Assembly: GCA_035620375.1 (NCBI GenBank)
Contig: DASPGX010000028.1
Location: forward strand, 2,974 to 66,973
Direction: 5' to 3'
DNA length: 64,000 nucleotides
Origin: Minisyncoccota bacterium
Lineage (GTDB): Bacteria > Patescibacteriota > Minisyncoccia > 2-02-FULL-40-12 > GWA2-44-9
In this document: positions 46,738-56,378 of the stretch, piece by piece
Position numbering within the stretch: position 1 is the stretch's first letter
How the letters are laid out: every line of letters begins with the position of its first letter
Notes under the pieces: generated by a model
The model's database searches: none
What the model was told of the DNA's origin: nothing
What the model saw: only the letters and a program-made list of their open reading frames with translations
Made by a program: the position numbers and the translations under genes

Positions 46738-48837
46738 TTAGTACAACGACTGCCGCTTCAATAATACCGCATTGAACGCAACGATGACCGTGGACACCGA
46801 CATCAGAATTGCCGCCACGGCCGGTTGGAGCAGAATGCCCCGTGATGCCAATACTCCCGCCGCCAGCGGTATAGCGACGATGTTATATCCTGCCGCCCAC
46901 CAGAGATTCTGGACCATTTTCGCATAGGTCAGGCGCGAGAGCCGGACGATGCGCGGGATATCGCGCGGGTCGTTCCGTACGAGGATGATGCCCGCGGACT
47001 CTATGGCGACGTTCGTTCCCGCACCGATGGCGATTCCGACGTCGGCCTGCGTCAGGGCCGGCGCGTCATTGATGCCGTCACCGACCATGGCAACCTGCGC
47101 TCCGCGCGCCTGCAGCTCCCTGACCCTTGCCGATTTCTCATCAGGTTTGACGCGGGCGAAGTACTCGTCAATCCCGAGTTCCTCGGCGACCCAGGATGCG
47201 ACCTCGTCCGCATCCCCGGTCACCATGGCGACCTTCACCCCGAGCTGTTTCAGCTCGGCCACCGCTTCACGGGATTCGCGGCGGATGACGTCTGCGAACG
47301 CAAATGCACCGATGAACGAGCCGTCGTGGAGTACATAGATTACGGTTTTTCCCTTGGACGCTTCCGCCTTCATGGCCGCCTGCAGTTCCGCCGGTATATC
47401 CTGGGTCCCAATGACGCCGTGTCCGCCGATAGTGATGTCAGAGCCGGAAACGCGTGCCTGAGAACCCTTCCCGGGCAAGCGTCGGAAATCTTCAGCATCG
47501 GGAAGCGTGATGCCCATCTCCTGCGCTCGCGCGACAAGCGCCTTCGCAATGGGGTGCTCTGACCGCGCATCCGCAGCAGCGCCGAGCATGATGAGCGTCC
47601 GCTTATCCGTTCCGGGCGCCGGCCAAGCATCCGTCATGCCGTATGTGCCCGTCGTCAACGTCCCGGTCTTATCAAACAGGACCGTGTCAATACTCCGTGC
47701 GGCCTCCAGTGCGAGGCGCTGGCGGACGAGGAAACCATTCTGCGCGGCCTTCGTGGTGGAGATGGATGCGACCAGCGGAACGGCAAGTCCCAGCGCATGC
47801 GGGCAGGCGATGACCAGCACCGCTACGAAGCGTTCCACGGCGAATCCCGCACCTGCGCCGGCGGCGAGCCATCCCGCAAGCGTCGTGGAGCCTCCGATGA
47901 CCGCGACATAGGTGAGCCACAGTGCGGCACGGTCTGACAGTATCTGAAGCCGGGACTTGGATGCCTGCGCCTCGGCGACCAGGCGCATAACGCCGGCCAG
48001 GAAGGTATGCTCTCCGATAGCTTCTACGCGGACGGTGAGCGGACCGTCACCGTTGACCGTACCGGCGATGACCATATTGCCCCTTGTCTTCGGTACCGGC
48101 CGTGATTCGCCGGTTGCAAGCGATTCGTTCACGTCGGAATTCCCTTCGGTTACCTGTCCGTCCGCGGGAATCTTTCCTCCCGGCCGTACGAGGACAAGGT
48201 CGTCCTTCGTAAGTTCACTGAGCGGAATTTTTACAGTTCTTCCGTTCCGGATAATCTCCGCAGTGTCCGGCAAAAGTTTCGACAACTCCTTCAATGCGCC
48301 TTGTGCGCCCTTGACCGCGCGCATCTCCAGCCAGTGGCCCAGAAGCATGACGGTGATAAGCGTGGCAAGTTCCCAGAAAAGGGTTTCCGTATTGCCCAGG
48401 AGCGTATTGACCGCGCTGTAGCCGAACGCCGCGGTGATGGCGATGGCGATGAGGGTCATCATACCCGGCAGACGGGCACGCAGCTCGCGCCATGCGCTGG
48501 CCAGGAAGACCCATCCTCCGATGAAGAAGATGAGCGTGCCGAGCGCGGCGGGAACATATGCTGAGCCGGGGAAGTCCGGAGGCGACCAGCCGGTGAGCGT
48601 CGGAACAATATCCGAGTAGAGGACCACGGGAATGCTCAATATGAGCGATGTCCAGAACTTCCGTTTGAATGCATCGGTGCTGTGGCCGGCGTGCTTGCCG
48701 TGTACGCCGGCTGCCCCCTCGTGCGCCCGCTCATCGGGTGAGGCGGGAACAAGGCTCATTCCGCATTCGGGGCACATGCCCGGCCGTTCCTGGCGGATTT
48801 CCGGGTGCATGGGACACGTATAGTCTTTCGTGTGCAT
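46738..48837 (-). CDS. Copper-translocating P1B-type ATPase (CopB-like, CPH motif)
   Basis: N-terminal YTCPMHP...CPECGM metal-binding domain, TGES, IACPHALG, DKTGT, SEHP, GDGIND, YN..AIP, MSVS. Confidence 0.93.
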   Translation of the reverse strand: MHTKDYTCPMHPEIRQERPGMCPECGMSLVPASPDERAHEGAAGVHGKHAGHSTDAFKRKFWTSLILSIPVVLYSDIVPTLTGWSPPDFPGSAYVPAALGTLIFFIGGWVFLASAWRELRARLPGMMTLIAIAITAAFGYSAVNTLLGNTETLFWELATLITVMLLGHWLEMRAVKGAQGALKELSKLLPDTAEIIRNGRTVKIPLSELTKDDLVLVRPGGKIPADGQVTEGNSDVNESLATGESRPVPKTRGNMVIAGTVNGDGPLTVRVEAIGEHTFLAGVMRLVAEAQASKSRLQILSDRAALWLTYVAVIGGSTTLAGWLAAGAGAGFAVERFVAVLVIACPHALGLAVPLVASISTTKAAQNGFLVRQRLALEAARSIDTVLFDKTGTLTTGTYGMTDAWPAPGTDKRTLIMLGAAADARSEHPIAKALVARAQEMGITLPDAEDFRRLPGKGSQARVSGSDITIGGHGVIGTQDIPAELQAAMKAEASKGKTVIYVLHDGSFIGAFAFADVIRRESREAVAELKQLGVKVAMVTGDADEVASWVAEELGIDEYFARVKPDEKSARVRELQARGAQVAMVGDGINDAPALTQADVGIAIGAGTNVAIESAGIILVRNDPRDIPRIVRLSRLTYAKMVQNLWWAAGYNIVAIPLAAGVLASRGILLQPAVAAILMSVSTVIVAFNAVLLKRQSLY

Positions 48838-48848
48838 GATGATTGGGA

Positions 48849-49823
48849 TTATACCCCGCACGCGCCTCCGCTGCGACCTTGGACCGGTTCAACTTCGCTC
48901 AAGATGTTCCGGTAGCCGGTTCCGCTGGAGAACTGTGCGCCCAGAAGTTCACGGGGGTCAGCTGACTCCCAGGTCCGCCCCTTCATGTCCAGGTATTTTG
49001 CGATGGTCAGGTACGTGTCGGGGAACCAATACGCGTTCACCTGCAGGGCGACGCGGTACATCTCCTCCTCGCCCGCGCCGTTCGCGGCCATCAGTTCCAA
49101 CAGGCCCAGCATCGCCATGCCGTGATTACAGTCGGGGAAGTACGTGGAATTCCCGCAGCACGGGCGGTAGACGTTTCGCGCAACTGATTCCACGAGGGCC
49201 TGCTGTTCCGAGGTCAGTTTCACGTAGCGGTGTCCGGAATAGTGGTCCATCGCGTCGCCCACGGCGATGCTCCAGCCGCCCGTCGAAGCAAACCGGCCCG
49301 CACCGCCGTATTGGGGGTCCGTCATCGGACCTTCTTCAAGAACGGGATTTGTGTTCGCCAGCCCGAACGCCCAGAGCAGGTTCAGGATGATTCCCGCGTT
49401 GTTGGCGTCCATGCGGATGGTGTCGGCCCGTCCCTCCAGGAGGGTCCGTTCGTAGGGATTCAGACCTCCGCGCGACTCATACAAGGCTTCAAATGCCTGC
49501 CGGTCAATGACGCCGTCGGCGACCATCCGGGCGCCCAGGTCTCCCCATGAGATGGGCAATGCAATGCCGTCCCGGGGAAGGACCGTCTCCTCGAATGCGG
49601 CGCTTTCAGGCGCCGTCGTACGGTCACCCCGCGGGGCGTACGGCAAAAGCCACGCGCCGCCTATGACGGCGGCCCCGGCCAGTGCGCCGAACAGAAACGT
49701 CGTCATCGGTTTCGGTGCCGGCCGTTGCGCGCCGGACGCGGAGGAATGTTCCGCGCAATGTTCATTAATTCTCTCTGACTGCAGATTCCCGCCCTCGGCT
49801 GATTCATGGTGCATACAATGCAT
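48849..49823 (-). CDS. Conserved membrane-anchored Cys/His-motif protein
   Basis: N-terminal His/Cys, TM, RPCCGNSTYFPDCNHGMAMLG, C-terminal ACGV. Confidence 0.75.
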   Translation of the reverse strand: MHCMHHESAEGGNLQSERINEHCAEHSSASGAQRPAPKPMTTFLFGALAGAAVIGGAWLLPYAPRGDRTTAPESAAFEETVLPRDGIALPISWGDLGARMVADGVIDRQAFEALYESRGGLNPYERTLLEGRADTIRMDANNAGIILNLLWAFGLANTNPVLEEGPMTDPQYGGAGRFASTGGWSIAVGDAMDHYSGHRYVKLTSEQQALVESVARNVYRPCCGNSTYFPDCNHGMAMLGLLELMAANGAGEEEMYRVALQVNAYWFPDTYLTIAKYLDMKGRTWESADPRELLGAQFSSGTGYRNILSEVEPVQGRSGGACGV

Positions 49824-49832
49824 GGTGGTGAT

Positions 49833-50201
49833 TTAACAACATTCCTTGAGCTTTCGTTCCGCTTCCGCGACGGACCAGTTCCTCACCGTCCCCGGATGTC
49901 CGCGTCGCTCCGTGAACGCGACGGTGATGAGCGCGGCTCCTATCACGGCCAGGGCCGCGAAATGCCATGCCTGAACGGCGGCCGCATACGCGGCGGCCAG
50001 ACCGGCAGGAACGAAGACCAGCATGAAGGCCGTGCGGCGTGCCGCCGCCGTGCGCTCACGGAGCAGATAGGCGATGCCGACCGCGGAACCGCCTATCAAT
50101 GTAGCAATGAGCGCGGCATCCACGGCATGACCGTCCGCCCGCCAGAGCAACAGCGCAATCCAGGTACCCGAGACGATAGTGCATATCGGACAGATTTTCA
50201 T
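49833..50201 (-). CDS. Small 4-TM protein with N-terminal CPIC and C-terminal CC
   Basis: MKICPICTIVSGTW...GGSAVGIAY...KLKECC. Confidence 0.7.
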   Translation of the reverse strand: MKICPICTIVSGTWIALLLWRADGHAVDAALIATLIGGSAVGIAYLLRERTAAARRTAFMLVFVPAGLAAAYAAAVQAWHFAALAVIGAALITVAFTERRGHPGTVRNWSVAEAERKLKECC

Positions 50202-50203
50202 GG

Positions 50204-50983
50204 TCAGAGGATAAGGATGAGTACGCCCAGTCCGAGCATGGCGATTCCCGTCCACAGCCGCATTGACCGGACATTGGACTTCTTCCATGCCTCCAGCCGT
50301 TCCACGACCGTCCGGTTCCCCGCGATGGCGAGAACAACCAGGAGCGGGAATACGAAGACCGCATTGTACAACAGGAGATAGCTGAATCCTTTCAGATAGG
50401 TCGCCGAATCATGCAGGAGCCCGAGCACCATCAGGTACGGGCCGCCGGTGCAGGGGAATTCGCAAAGTCCGACCAGCGCGCCGAGTCCGAACGCGGCGGG
50501 TAGCGACGCCCGGCCCATCAGTTCCGCCATCTTCCGGTGCGCCGCATGCGGCACGCGCAGTTTGATGGGGAATGCGGGGAAGAACTCATTGACGATGTTC
50601 ACGATGCCCCAGGCGATGAGCAAACCCGCGCCGACCTTCCCCATGAAATGGGGCGTGTTGAACAGGTGGAGGGTGCCCAGGAGTCCGAGTCCGATGGCCA
50701 GATAGGAGAGGAAGATGCCTGCCACGTACGCTCCGCCGACGGCGAACAGGCGCCCGCGCACCACCCCGAGCCCCAAGAGGACCGCGATGGTTACCAGGAG
50801 GATGGCGAACGCGCACGGATTGATGCTGTCCAGGAGCGCCGAGATGAGTACAAGCGGAAGCAGGACCGTTCCGCCGTCGCTGATGCTCCATGCGAACCGT
50901 GTTCCGAGGTCGCCGCGGAGGAACAGGACGACTGCGGCAAGCGCGACAGCGGCGCTGATTGCAGCGATGAGTTTCCGGTTCAT
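50204..50983 (-). CDS. CcdA/DsbD-like transmembrane disulfide electron transporter
   Basis: DSINPCAF and CEFPCTGGPY motifs in a 6-TM core. Confidence 0.85.
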   Translation of the reverse strand: MNRKLIAAISAAVALAAVVLFLRGDLGTRFAWSISDGGTVLLPLVLISALLDSINPCAFAILLVTIAVLLGLGVVRGRLFAVGGAYVAGIFLSYLAIGLGLLGTLHLFNTPHFMGKVGAGLLIAWGIVNIVNEFFPAFPIKLRVPHAAHRKMAELMGRASLPAAFGLGALVGLCEFPCTGGPYLMVLGLLHDSATYLKGFSYLLLYNAVFVFPLLVVLAIAGNRTVVERLEAWKKSNVRSMRLWTGIAMLGLGVLILIL

Positions 50984-50984
50984 G

Positions 50985-51482
50985 CTACGGGGTCACGTTC
51001 GCCGTGAACGAAACGACGACGGGTGTGCCCGCATCGTTTTCCATGGTGACCGTGCGTTGTATCGGTCCGACGCCCGACGGGCCGTGTGCGGCCGGGTCAA
51101 ACGTGATGATGAGCGAGGCGGTATCCTGCGGAGCGACGGATGCGTTGACGCGGGGGATGAATCCGTGCCCGAGCATTCCGTACGGTCCGTACTTGCGTCC
51201 GGCATGGTCAAGGGAGACTGACGTGCACATGCATGACGTGTACGTCTTGCCGAGGGTTACCGATGAGGCGCCGGTATTGGTGACCGCTATGCGGTGCCGG
51301 ACGGTTCCGGCGGCCATGGAGATGGTTCCGAAGTCAAACGACGTTTCCGACGGTTCCAGGGGACCAGGAGCGGCGATATCCGACATGGGCGTCGCCAGCG
51401 GAGTACCGCCGGGACGCGCCGCCCATGCCAGAATCCCGGCGGCCGCCAGGGTTCCGATAAGGACGAAGAGGATTGTTTTCAT
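50985..51482 (-). CDS. DUF1573 Ig-like domain protein
   Basis: Signal/TM anchor, FDFGTI, NTG, TSCMCT, GHG, FDPAAHGPSG.G...R. Confidence 0.8.
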   Translation of the reverse strand: MKTILFVLIGTLAAAGILAWAARPGGTPLATPMSDIAAPGPLEPSETSFDFGTISMAAGTVRHRIAVTNTGASSVTLGKTYTSCMCTSVSLDHAGRKYGPYGMLGHGFIPRVNASVAPQDTASLIITFDPAAHGPSGVGPIQRTVTMENDAGTPVVVSFTANVTP

Positions 51483-51567
51483 GATGCATGGTGGGTTGAT
51501 ACGACAAACAAACCCCGGAAGGGGTCTGTGGACGCACGCCGAAGGAGGGATACGTTTCCGGCGTGCG

Positions 51568-51951
51568 CTACACGCCTGTTGGGCTGTGGTTCAGGCGGAT
51601 GTTCCAGCGGAAAACCGGAAATCGGGAGAGCGACGCCTCAAACGGAAGGGTCCGGACGAGGGATGTATGCCACAAACCGCCATCGGCTCGTACCGGGGAG
51701 ACCCGCCAAATCAATACCGCACCGAACGCCGCGAGAAGTAGGGTCAGAGCCGACAGGACGGGAACGGATGCCAGAACGCGCTGCAGAGAGCTGAGGTGCT
51801 GGGCCGCCGAACCGATGGAAAGACACGGCAATGCGGAAATAGAGGAGAGGAAACAATCAGTCCCATGCGCGAGATTTTCGCTCATGGCGAACGGACCGGC
51901 GATGCCGACGACGGTGAGCGCAAGGATGACGAATAGGGAGAGCGTTTTCAT
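51568..51951 (-). CDS. Hypothetical exported/membrane protein heading the copper cluster
   Basis: Signal peptide, H-x3-C-x9-C-x8-H, TM, C-terminal W...NHSP; TGATATAAT promoter upstream. Confidence 0.6.
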   Translation of the reverse strand: MKTLSLFVILALTVVGIAGPFAMSENLAHGTDCFLSSISALPCLSIGSAAQHLSSLQRVLASVPVLSALTLLLAAFGAVLIWRVSPVRADGGLWHTSLVRTLPFEASLSRFPVFRWNIRLNHSPTGV

Positions 51952-51967
51952 GAATATGGCCATTATA

Positions 51968-52534
51968 TCATGATTTCAGTGCGTGAACCAGTCGGATTTC
52001 GCAGTCCTTGAAGACTGCTTTGAGCGTTTCCTGTTCCTTCGGGGTGAACTTTTTGAGCACGTAGTCGCGTACCCATTCGTCGCGCTTTTTGTCGGATTGT
52101 GCGCGGGCCTTGTCCAAGGCGCGGGAACCAAGACCGATGCGCACGCGCCAGAACTTCTTGGTCTTCAGCGCAGACATGATGCTCTCCACCCCGCGGTGTC
52201 CGCCGGAGTTCTTTTCAAAGGAGAGTTTGCAGTTGCCGAAGGGGATATCCAGGTCGTCCTGAACGACGACGACATCCTCGTTCTTCGCCTTCGCCCAGCG
52301 CTTTGCCGCCGCGGCGGTCTGTCCGGATTTGTTCACGTACGTCTGCGGTTTGACCAGCCATGTCTTGATGCCGTCCACCTCGCACTTGGCCGCCTGCGCA
52401 AAAATCTTCTTCTCGTCCGTGAAGTCCGCGCCTTTGTGCTTCTTGATGAGCCAGTCCAAAAATTGCCAGCCGACGTTATGGCGGGTGGCGAGGTACTCTT
52501 CGTCCGGATTGCCGATGCCGATGATGAGCTTCAT
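51968..52534 (-). CDS. pth: Peptidyl-tRNA hydrolase
   Basis: LIIGIGNP..Y..TRHNVG, KPQTYVNKSG, DDLD, GGHRG, RVRIG. Confidence 0.95.
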   Translation of the reverse strand: MKLIIGIGNPDEEYLATRHNVGWQFLDWLIKKHKGADFTDEKKIFAQAAKCEVDGIKTWLVKPQTYVNKSGQTAAAAKRWAKAKNEDVVVVQDDLDIPFGNCKLSFEKNSGGHRGVESIMSALKTKKFWRVRIGLGSRALDKARAQSDKKRDEWVRDYVLKKFTPKEQETLKAVFKDCEIRLVHALKS

Positions 52535-52600
52535 ATACGGGAGTATAGAAAAGCGCGCGGAAAAAGAAAACGGCCGCCAGGCGGGCTGGCGGCCGTGGGC

Positions 52601-55207
52601 CTACTTCCGGTTCAGGAACTCGCTGATGACCGTGCGGTCCCTGCGGTACCACGCGGCCCGGGTGCGGATGCGTTCCAGCGATTCCGCGATGGCACGGGTC
52701 GCGCTCGGCGCGGGGTGTTCGGCGAAGAACCGTTCCACGGCGCCGGCGTCTTCGTCGCGGTTGAATCCGCTGATGGGCAGTTCGATGATCCGCCCCAGCA
52801 TCTTCAGTCCGCCGCCGGAGTACCGTTCGCTGACCTGCTCCCAGTTGGCGGTGATGAACTCCCATGCCGACCGGCGGCCCTGGGCATGCGTGCCCATTCC
52901 GGCGAGCACGTAGATGAAGTCCCCGGAACGGACCTGCCGGGGGTCGAATGCGAACTCCAGAACCTTCGCGAGAATGCCCCGGTCGGTGAATCGTCCCATG
53001 GCGTTGAGCAGACGGACCCGCTCTTCCTGGAGAGTCGCGGAGCCGTACAATTGCTGGAAGATGTGCAGGTCCGACCAGAGGTTCTGCTTCGCGACCGTGG
53101 CGTACACCGCTGCCCGCAGGTTGGGGTTCAGCGTCCTTCTGCCGGCGAAGTGTCCGGCGAACGCGCTTACGGCCGCTTCCGTCGTCGCCCGGTCGCCGTA
53201 GGCGCCCAGGGCGCCCATAATCTGGCCCCGCAGGAGTTTGGTCGTGTGAGCCTCGCTCCTCCGTTCGGTCCAGCCGAGCTTCGCGGCGACGGAAGAAAGG
53301 ACCGAGCAGGCGAACGCGTCGTAACGCCGTTCGCTCGCGGTCTCCTCCACGAGATTGGCGACGGCGCCCAAGGCGCCGAGCGCGGCGTTCCAGACCGTGT
53401 AGTCGGTCTCGTTCAGGTACGACGCCAGCAGGTTCAGGAGCTCTCCCGTCGGCAGCCGGCCGGCACGCGCGAGCGAGAGCGCGTCGCTGATGAGTCCGTA
53501 GCGGTCCGCGGGAGGCAGCGCGTTCTCGCGGAGTGATTCCGCGAGCCGCCCCCACTGTTCCGGCGGATAGTTCACCCGCGCGAGCGTAATCTGCCCCGCG
53601 TTGAGCTTCGTGACGGCGGTCGCCGGCATGTCCGTCTTCACCGTGAACGACCTTCCGCTGCAGCTGAAGCGCGGCAACGGCTTGGATGAACCGCCGGTGA
53701 GCACGGTCAGTGCGACCGGAATGTCCCATGTCTGCCGGGACTCCGCGTCGGTGAGCGTTTCGCCGCCGGACAGGAACCGCTCCTGGGACAGTTCCAGCGA
53801 ACCGTCCCCGGCAGCCCGGACCGTGATGAGCGGGTATCCCGCCTGCTTGGTCCAGGTGTCCATGATGTCGCGCACGGGCTTGCCCGATGCCTCCGCCAGG
53901 GCTTCCCAGAGGTCTTCCGTGGTCGCGTTGGCGTACGCATGCCGGCGCAGATAGTTCTGCAGGCCCGTCCGGAATGCGTCGGGGCCGATGAAGTCGTGAA
54001 TCATCCGGATGACGCTTGCCCCCTTGGAGTAACTGATGGAGTCGAAAATCTGGCTGATTTCGTTGGGATGTCCGACCTCCACCTCGATGGCGTGGCTGGA
54101 ACGGAGGCCGTCCAGGGACAGCGCGCTGGCGTACTCGTCGCCGACGAACTGCGTCCAGATGTCCCACTCGGGGAACAGCGCGTCCATGGCGAGGCTGGCC
54201 ATCCATGTCGCGAAGCCCTCGTTCAGCCAGAGGTGTGTCCACCACTGCATGGTCACGAGGTTTCCGAACCACTGATGCGCCAGCTCGTGTGCGACGACTT
54301 CGGCGACCCGCTGATACGCAGCGGACGCCGAATGCTCGGGGTCGATGAGCAGCGCGTTCTCGCGGTACGTCACCAGGCCCCAGTTCTCCATCGCGCCTGC
54401 GGCGAAGTCGGGAATCGCCACCATGTCCAGCTTCGGGAGCGGGTACGGAATGCCGAAGTATTCGTTGTAGAACTCCAGGACGCGGATTGCCGTCTCCAGA
54501 GCGAACCGGCCGTGCTCCTTCTTGCCCGGTACGGTGTACACGCGTACCCGCGTCCCGTTGTTCGTGGTTCCCTCGATGAACTCCAGCTCGCCGACGATGA
54601 ATGCCAGCAGATAGCTGGACATCACCGGCGAACGGTCGAACGTGAATTTGGCCAGCCCTTCCGGGGTGACGCTCTGGGCGCGGACCGGCATGTTCGACAG
54701 GGCGGTCAGTCCCGGCGGAACGGAGAGGGTGACGTCGAACGTCGCCTTCAGGGCCGGCTCGTCCCCGCAGGGGAGCGCCCGGCGTGCGTCCGTCGCCTCG
54801 AACTGCGTCGCCGCCAGGTGGCGCTCCACGCCGTCCGGTCCGACGAACCGGCTCCGGTAGAAGCCGGCCATCTTGTCGTTGAGCGTCCCGGAGTACCCGA
54901 TTTCGAGGACCGCGCCTCCCGCGGGAATCTCGTCCGTGAACGTCAGGACCGCGGTCTGGGCTTCGGCGTCCAGTTGTATACCGGCCGGCTGGACCGATTC
55001 CGCTCCGTCGGGGTGCAGGAGCACGTTCTCCCGGGCGACTGCCAGGTCGGCCGCGTGAAGCGTAATGGTGCGGACGGGCCGGCGGACCGTGAGATTCACG
55101 GAAACGGTTCCGGCGAACGTGAACGCCTTCAGGTCAGGCGTCAGGGCGACGTCGTAGTTGTTGTACGCGACGTCGTCGGGAATCAGGCATCCTGCCTTCT
55201 CGGTCAT
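52601..55207 (-). CDS. M1 family aminopeptidase with ERAP1-like C-terminal domain
   Basis: TQFEATDARRA.PC.DEP, GAMENWGL, HELAHQWFGNLV...WLNEGFA, YSKG; GGAGG RBS. Confidence 0.95.
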   Translation of the reverse strand: MTEKAGCLIPDDVAYNNYDVALTPDLKAFTFAGTVSVNLTVRRPVRTITLHAADLAVARENVLLHPDGAESVQPAGIQLDAEAQTAVLTFTDEIPAGGAVLEIGYSGTLNDKMAGFYRSRFVGPDGVERHLAATQFEATDARRALPCGDEPALKATFDVTLSVPPGLTALSNMPVRAQSVTPEGLAKFTFDRSPVMSSYLLAFIVGELEFIEGTTNNGTRVRVYTVPGKKEHGRFALETAIRVLEFYNEYFGIPYPLPKLDMVAIPDFAAGAMENWGLVTYRENALLIDPEHSASAAYQRVAEVVAHELAHQWFGNLVTMQWWTHLWLNEGFATWMASLAMDALFPEWDIWTQFVGDEYASALSLDGLRSSHAIEVEVGHPNEISQIFDSISYSKGASVIRMIHDFIGPDAFRTGLQNYLRRHAYANATTEDLWEALAEASGKPVRDIMDTWTKQAGYPLITVRAAGDGSLELSQERFLSGGETLTDAESRQTWDIPVALTVLTGGSSKPLPRFSCSGRSFTVKTDMPATAVTKLNAGQITLARVNYPPEQWGRLAESLRENALPPADRYGLISDALSLARAGRLPTGELLNLLASYLNETDYTVWNAALGALGAVANLVEETASERRYDAFACSVLSSVAAKLGWTERRSEAHTTKLLRGQIMGALGAYGDRATTEAAVSAFAGHFAGRRTLNPNLRAAVYATVAKQNLWSDLHIFQQLYGSATLQEERVRLLNAMGRFTDRGILAKVLEFAFDPRQVRSGDFIYVLAGMGTHAQGRRSAWEFITANWEQVSERYSGGGLKMLGRIIELPISGFNRDEDAGAVERFFAEHPAPSATRAIAESLERIRTRAAWYRRDRTVISEFLNRK

Positions 55208-55314
55208 GGGGCCTCCGTAGTAGTGATGGGTTGTCGATGAACAACGCCGCTGAAAATACAATATGATACGAATGCGTCAAGAAACACGAAACCCCCGGGG
55301 GAAGGGGGTTCGGC

Positions 55315-55605
55315 CTATGGCAGGCCTTTGAGCGTGGGCAGGCGGAGCGTCTGTCCGGGATGCGTGAGGTTCAGGTGCGTCAGGAGTTTGAGCTCCCGTT
55401 CCAGATTCCGGCCGCACCCAAGACAGCATACCGCTCTGCACAACGGCCGGTGCGTCATGTCCTGGATGTACCACAGTTCATCGTCCCCGCGGATGATGAG
55501 CACGGTTTCCGGGTCCAGCACGCCGACTTGTGCGGCTTTCGCCAGTTCATCGCACCGGTGCGCAAGATGCATCCGGTCCACGATGGGAGCACGGGCGATG
55601 GTCAT
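55315..55605 (-). CDS. Small protein with a classical C2H2-type zinc-finger pattern
   Basis: AGGAGG RBS; C-x2-C-x12-H-x4-H (CLGCGRNLERELKLLTHLNLTH); hairpin downstream. Confidence 0.6.
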   Translation of the reverse strand: MTIARAPIVDRMHLAHRCDELAKAAQVGVLDPETVLIIRGDDELWYIQDMTHRPLCRAVCCLGCGRNLERELKLLTHLNLTHPGQTLRLPTLKGLP

Positions 55606-55709
55606 GATGTGACCTCCTACTATTATTATACAATATAATTCACGTATCGCCAATAGCGTTGCAGAGCGCCAAAAACTATGATAATATGCGACATTCCTTG
55701 ATTTCACCC

Positions 55710-56360
55710 ATGTCAGAGCAGCCCAATCTGGCCGGACAACCGACGACCGAGGAGACCGAAGCGCAGACCCCGCCATCCCGTGGCGGGCGTATCGCGTCCG
55801 AAGTTTTCGAGTTCATCTGGGAGACGGTCAAGGTCGTCCTCATCGCGCTGGTCATCATCCTGCCGGTGCGGTACTTCCTTATCCAGCCGTTCTTCGTGAA
55901 GGGCGAATCCATGTTCCCGACGTACCACGACAAGGAGTACATCCTCGTGGACAAGTGGACCTACCGGACCGCCCGGCCCCAGCGCGGCGACGTCATCGTG
56001 TTCAAAGCGCCGACCGACGTGAACGACTACTTCATCAAGCGCATTGTCGGGCTTCCGGGCGAGCGCGTCGTCGTGCAGAACAACACCGTCCGCGTCTTTA
56101 ACGCGGAATTCCCCGACGGGTTCACGCTGAACGAGAAGGTCTACCTGCCCGATTCGCATATCACGGAGGGCACCGATGACCGCCTGCTGGAGGATGACGA
56201 GTACTACGTGCTCGGCGACAACCGCCAGCACAGCAGCGACTCGCGTGCGTTCGGACCGGTGCGGCGCGAGCTGTTCTCCGGCATGTCGTGGCTGCGTCTG
56301 TGGCCTCTGGAACGCATTGATTTCCTGGAACGCACCACGTACCCGCCTGTTATCGAGTAA
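55710..56360 (+). CDS. lepB: Signal peptidase I
   Basis: TM, GESMFPT, RGDVIVF, IKRIVGLPGE, GDNR..SSDSR.FG. Confidence 0.95.
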   Translation: MSEQPNLAGQPTTEETEAQTPPSRGGRIASEVFEFIWETVKVVLIALVIILPVRYFLIQPFFVKGESMFPTYHDKEYILVDKWTYRTARPQRGDVIVFKAPTDVNDYFIKRIVGLPGERVVVQNNTVRVFNAEFPDGFTLNEKVYLPDSHITEGTDDRLLEDDEYYVLGDNRQHSSDSRAFGPVRRELFSGMSWLRLWPLERIDFLERTTYPPVIE

Positions 56361-56378
56361 CCTGAAACCACTAACCCT

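Noticed and set aside
51983-55240. Long alternative ORFs (51983-53536 +, 52476-54272 -, 53939-55240 +)
   Set aside because: They overlap pth and the M1 aminopeptidase; Arg/Gly/Pro-rich off-frame composition.
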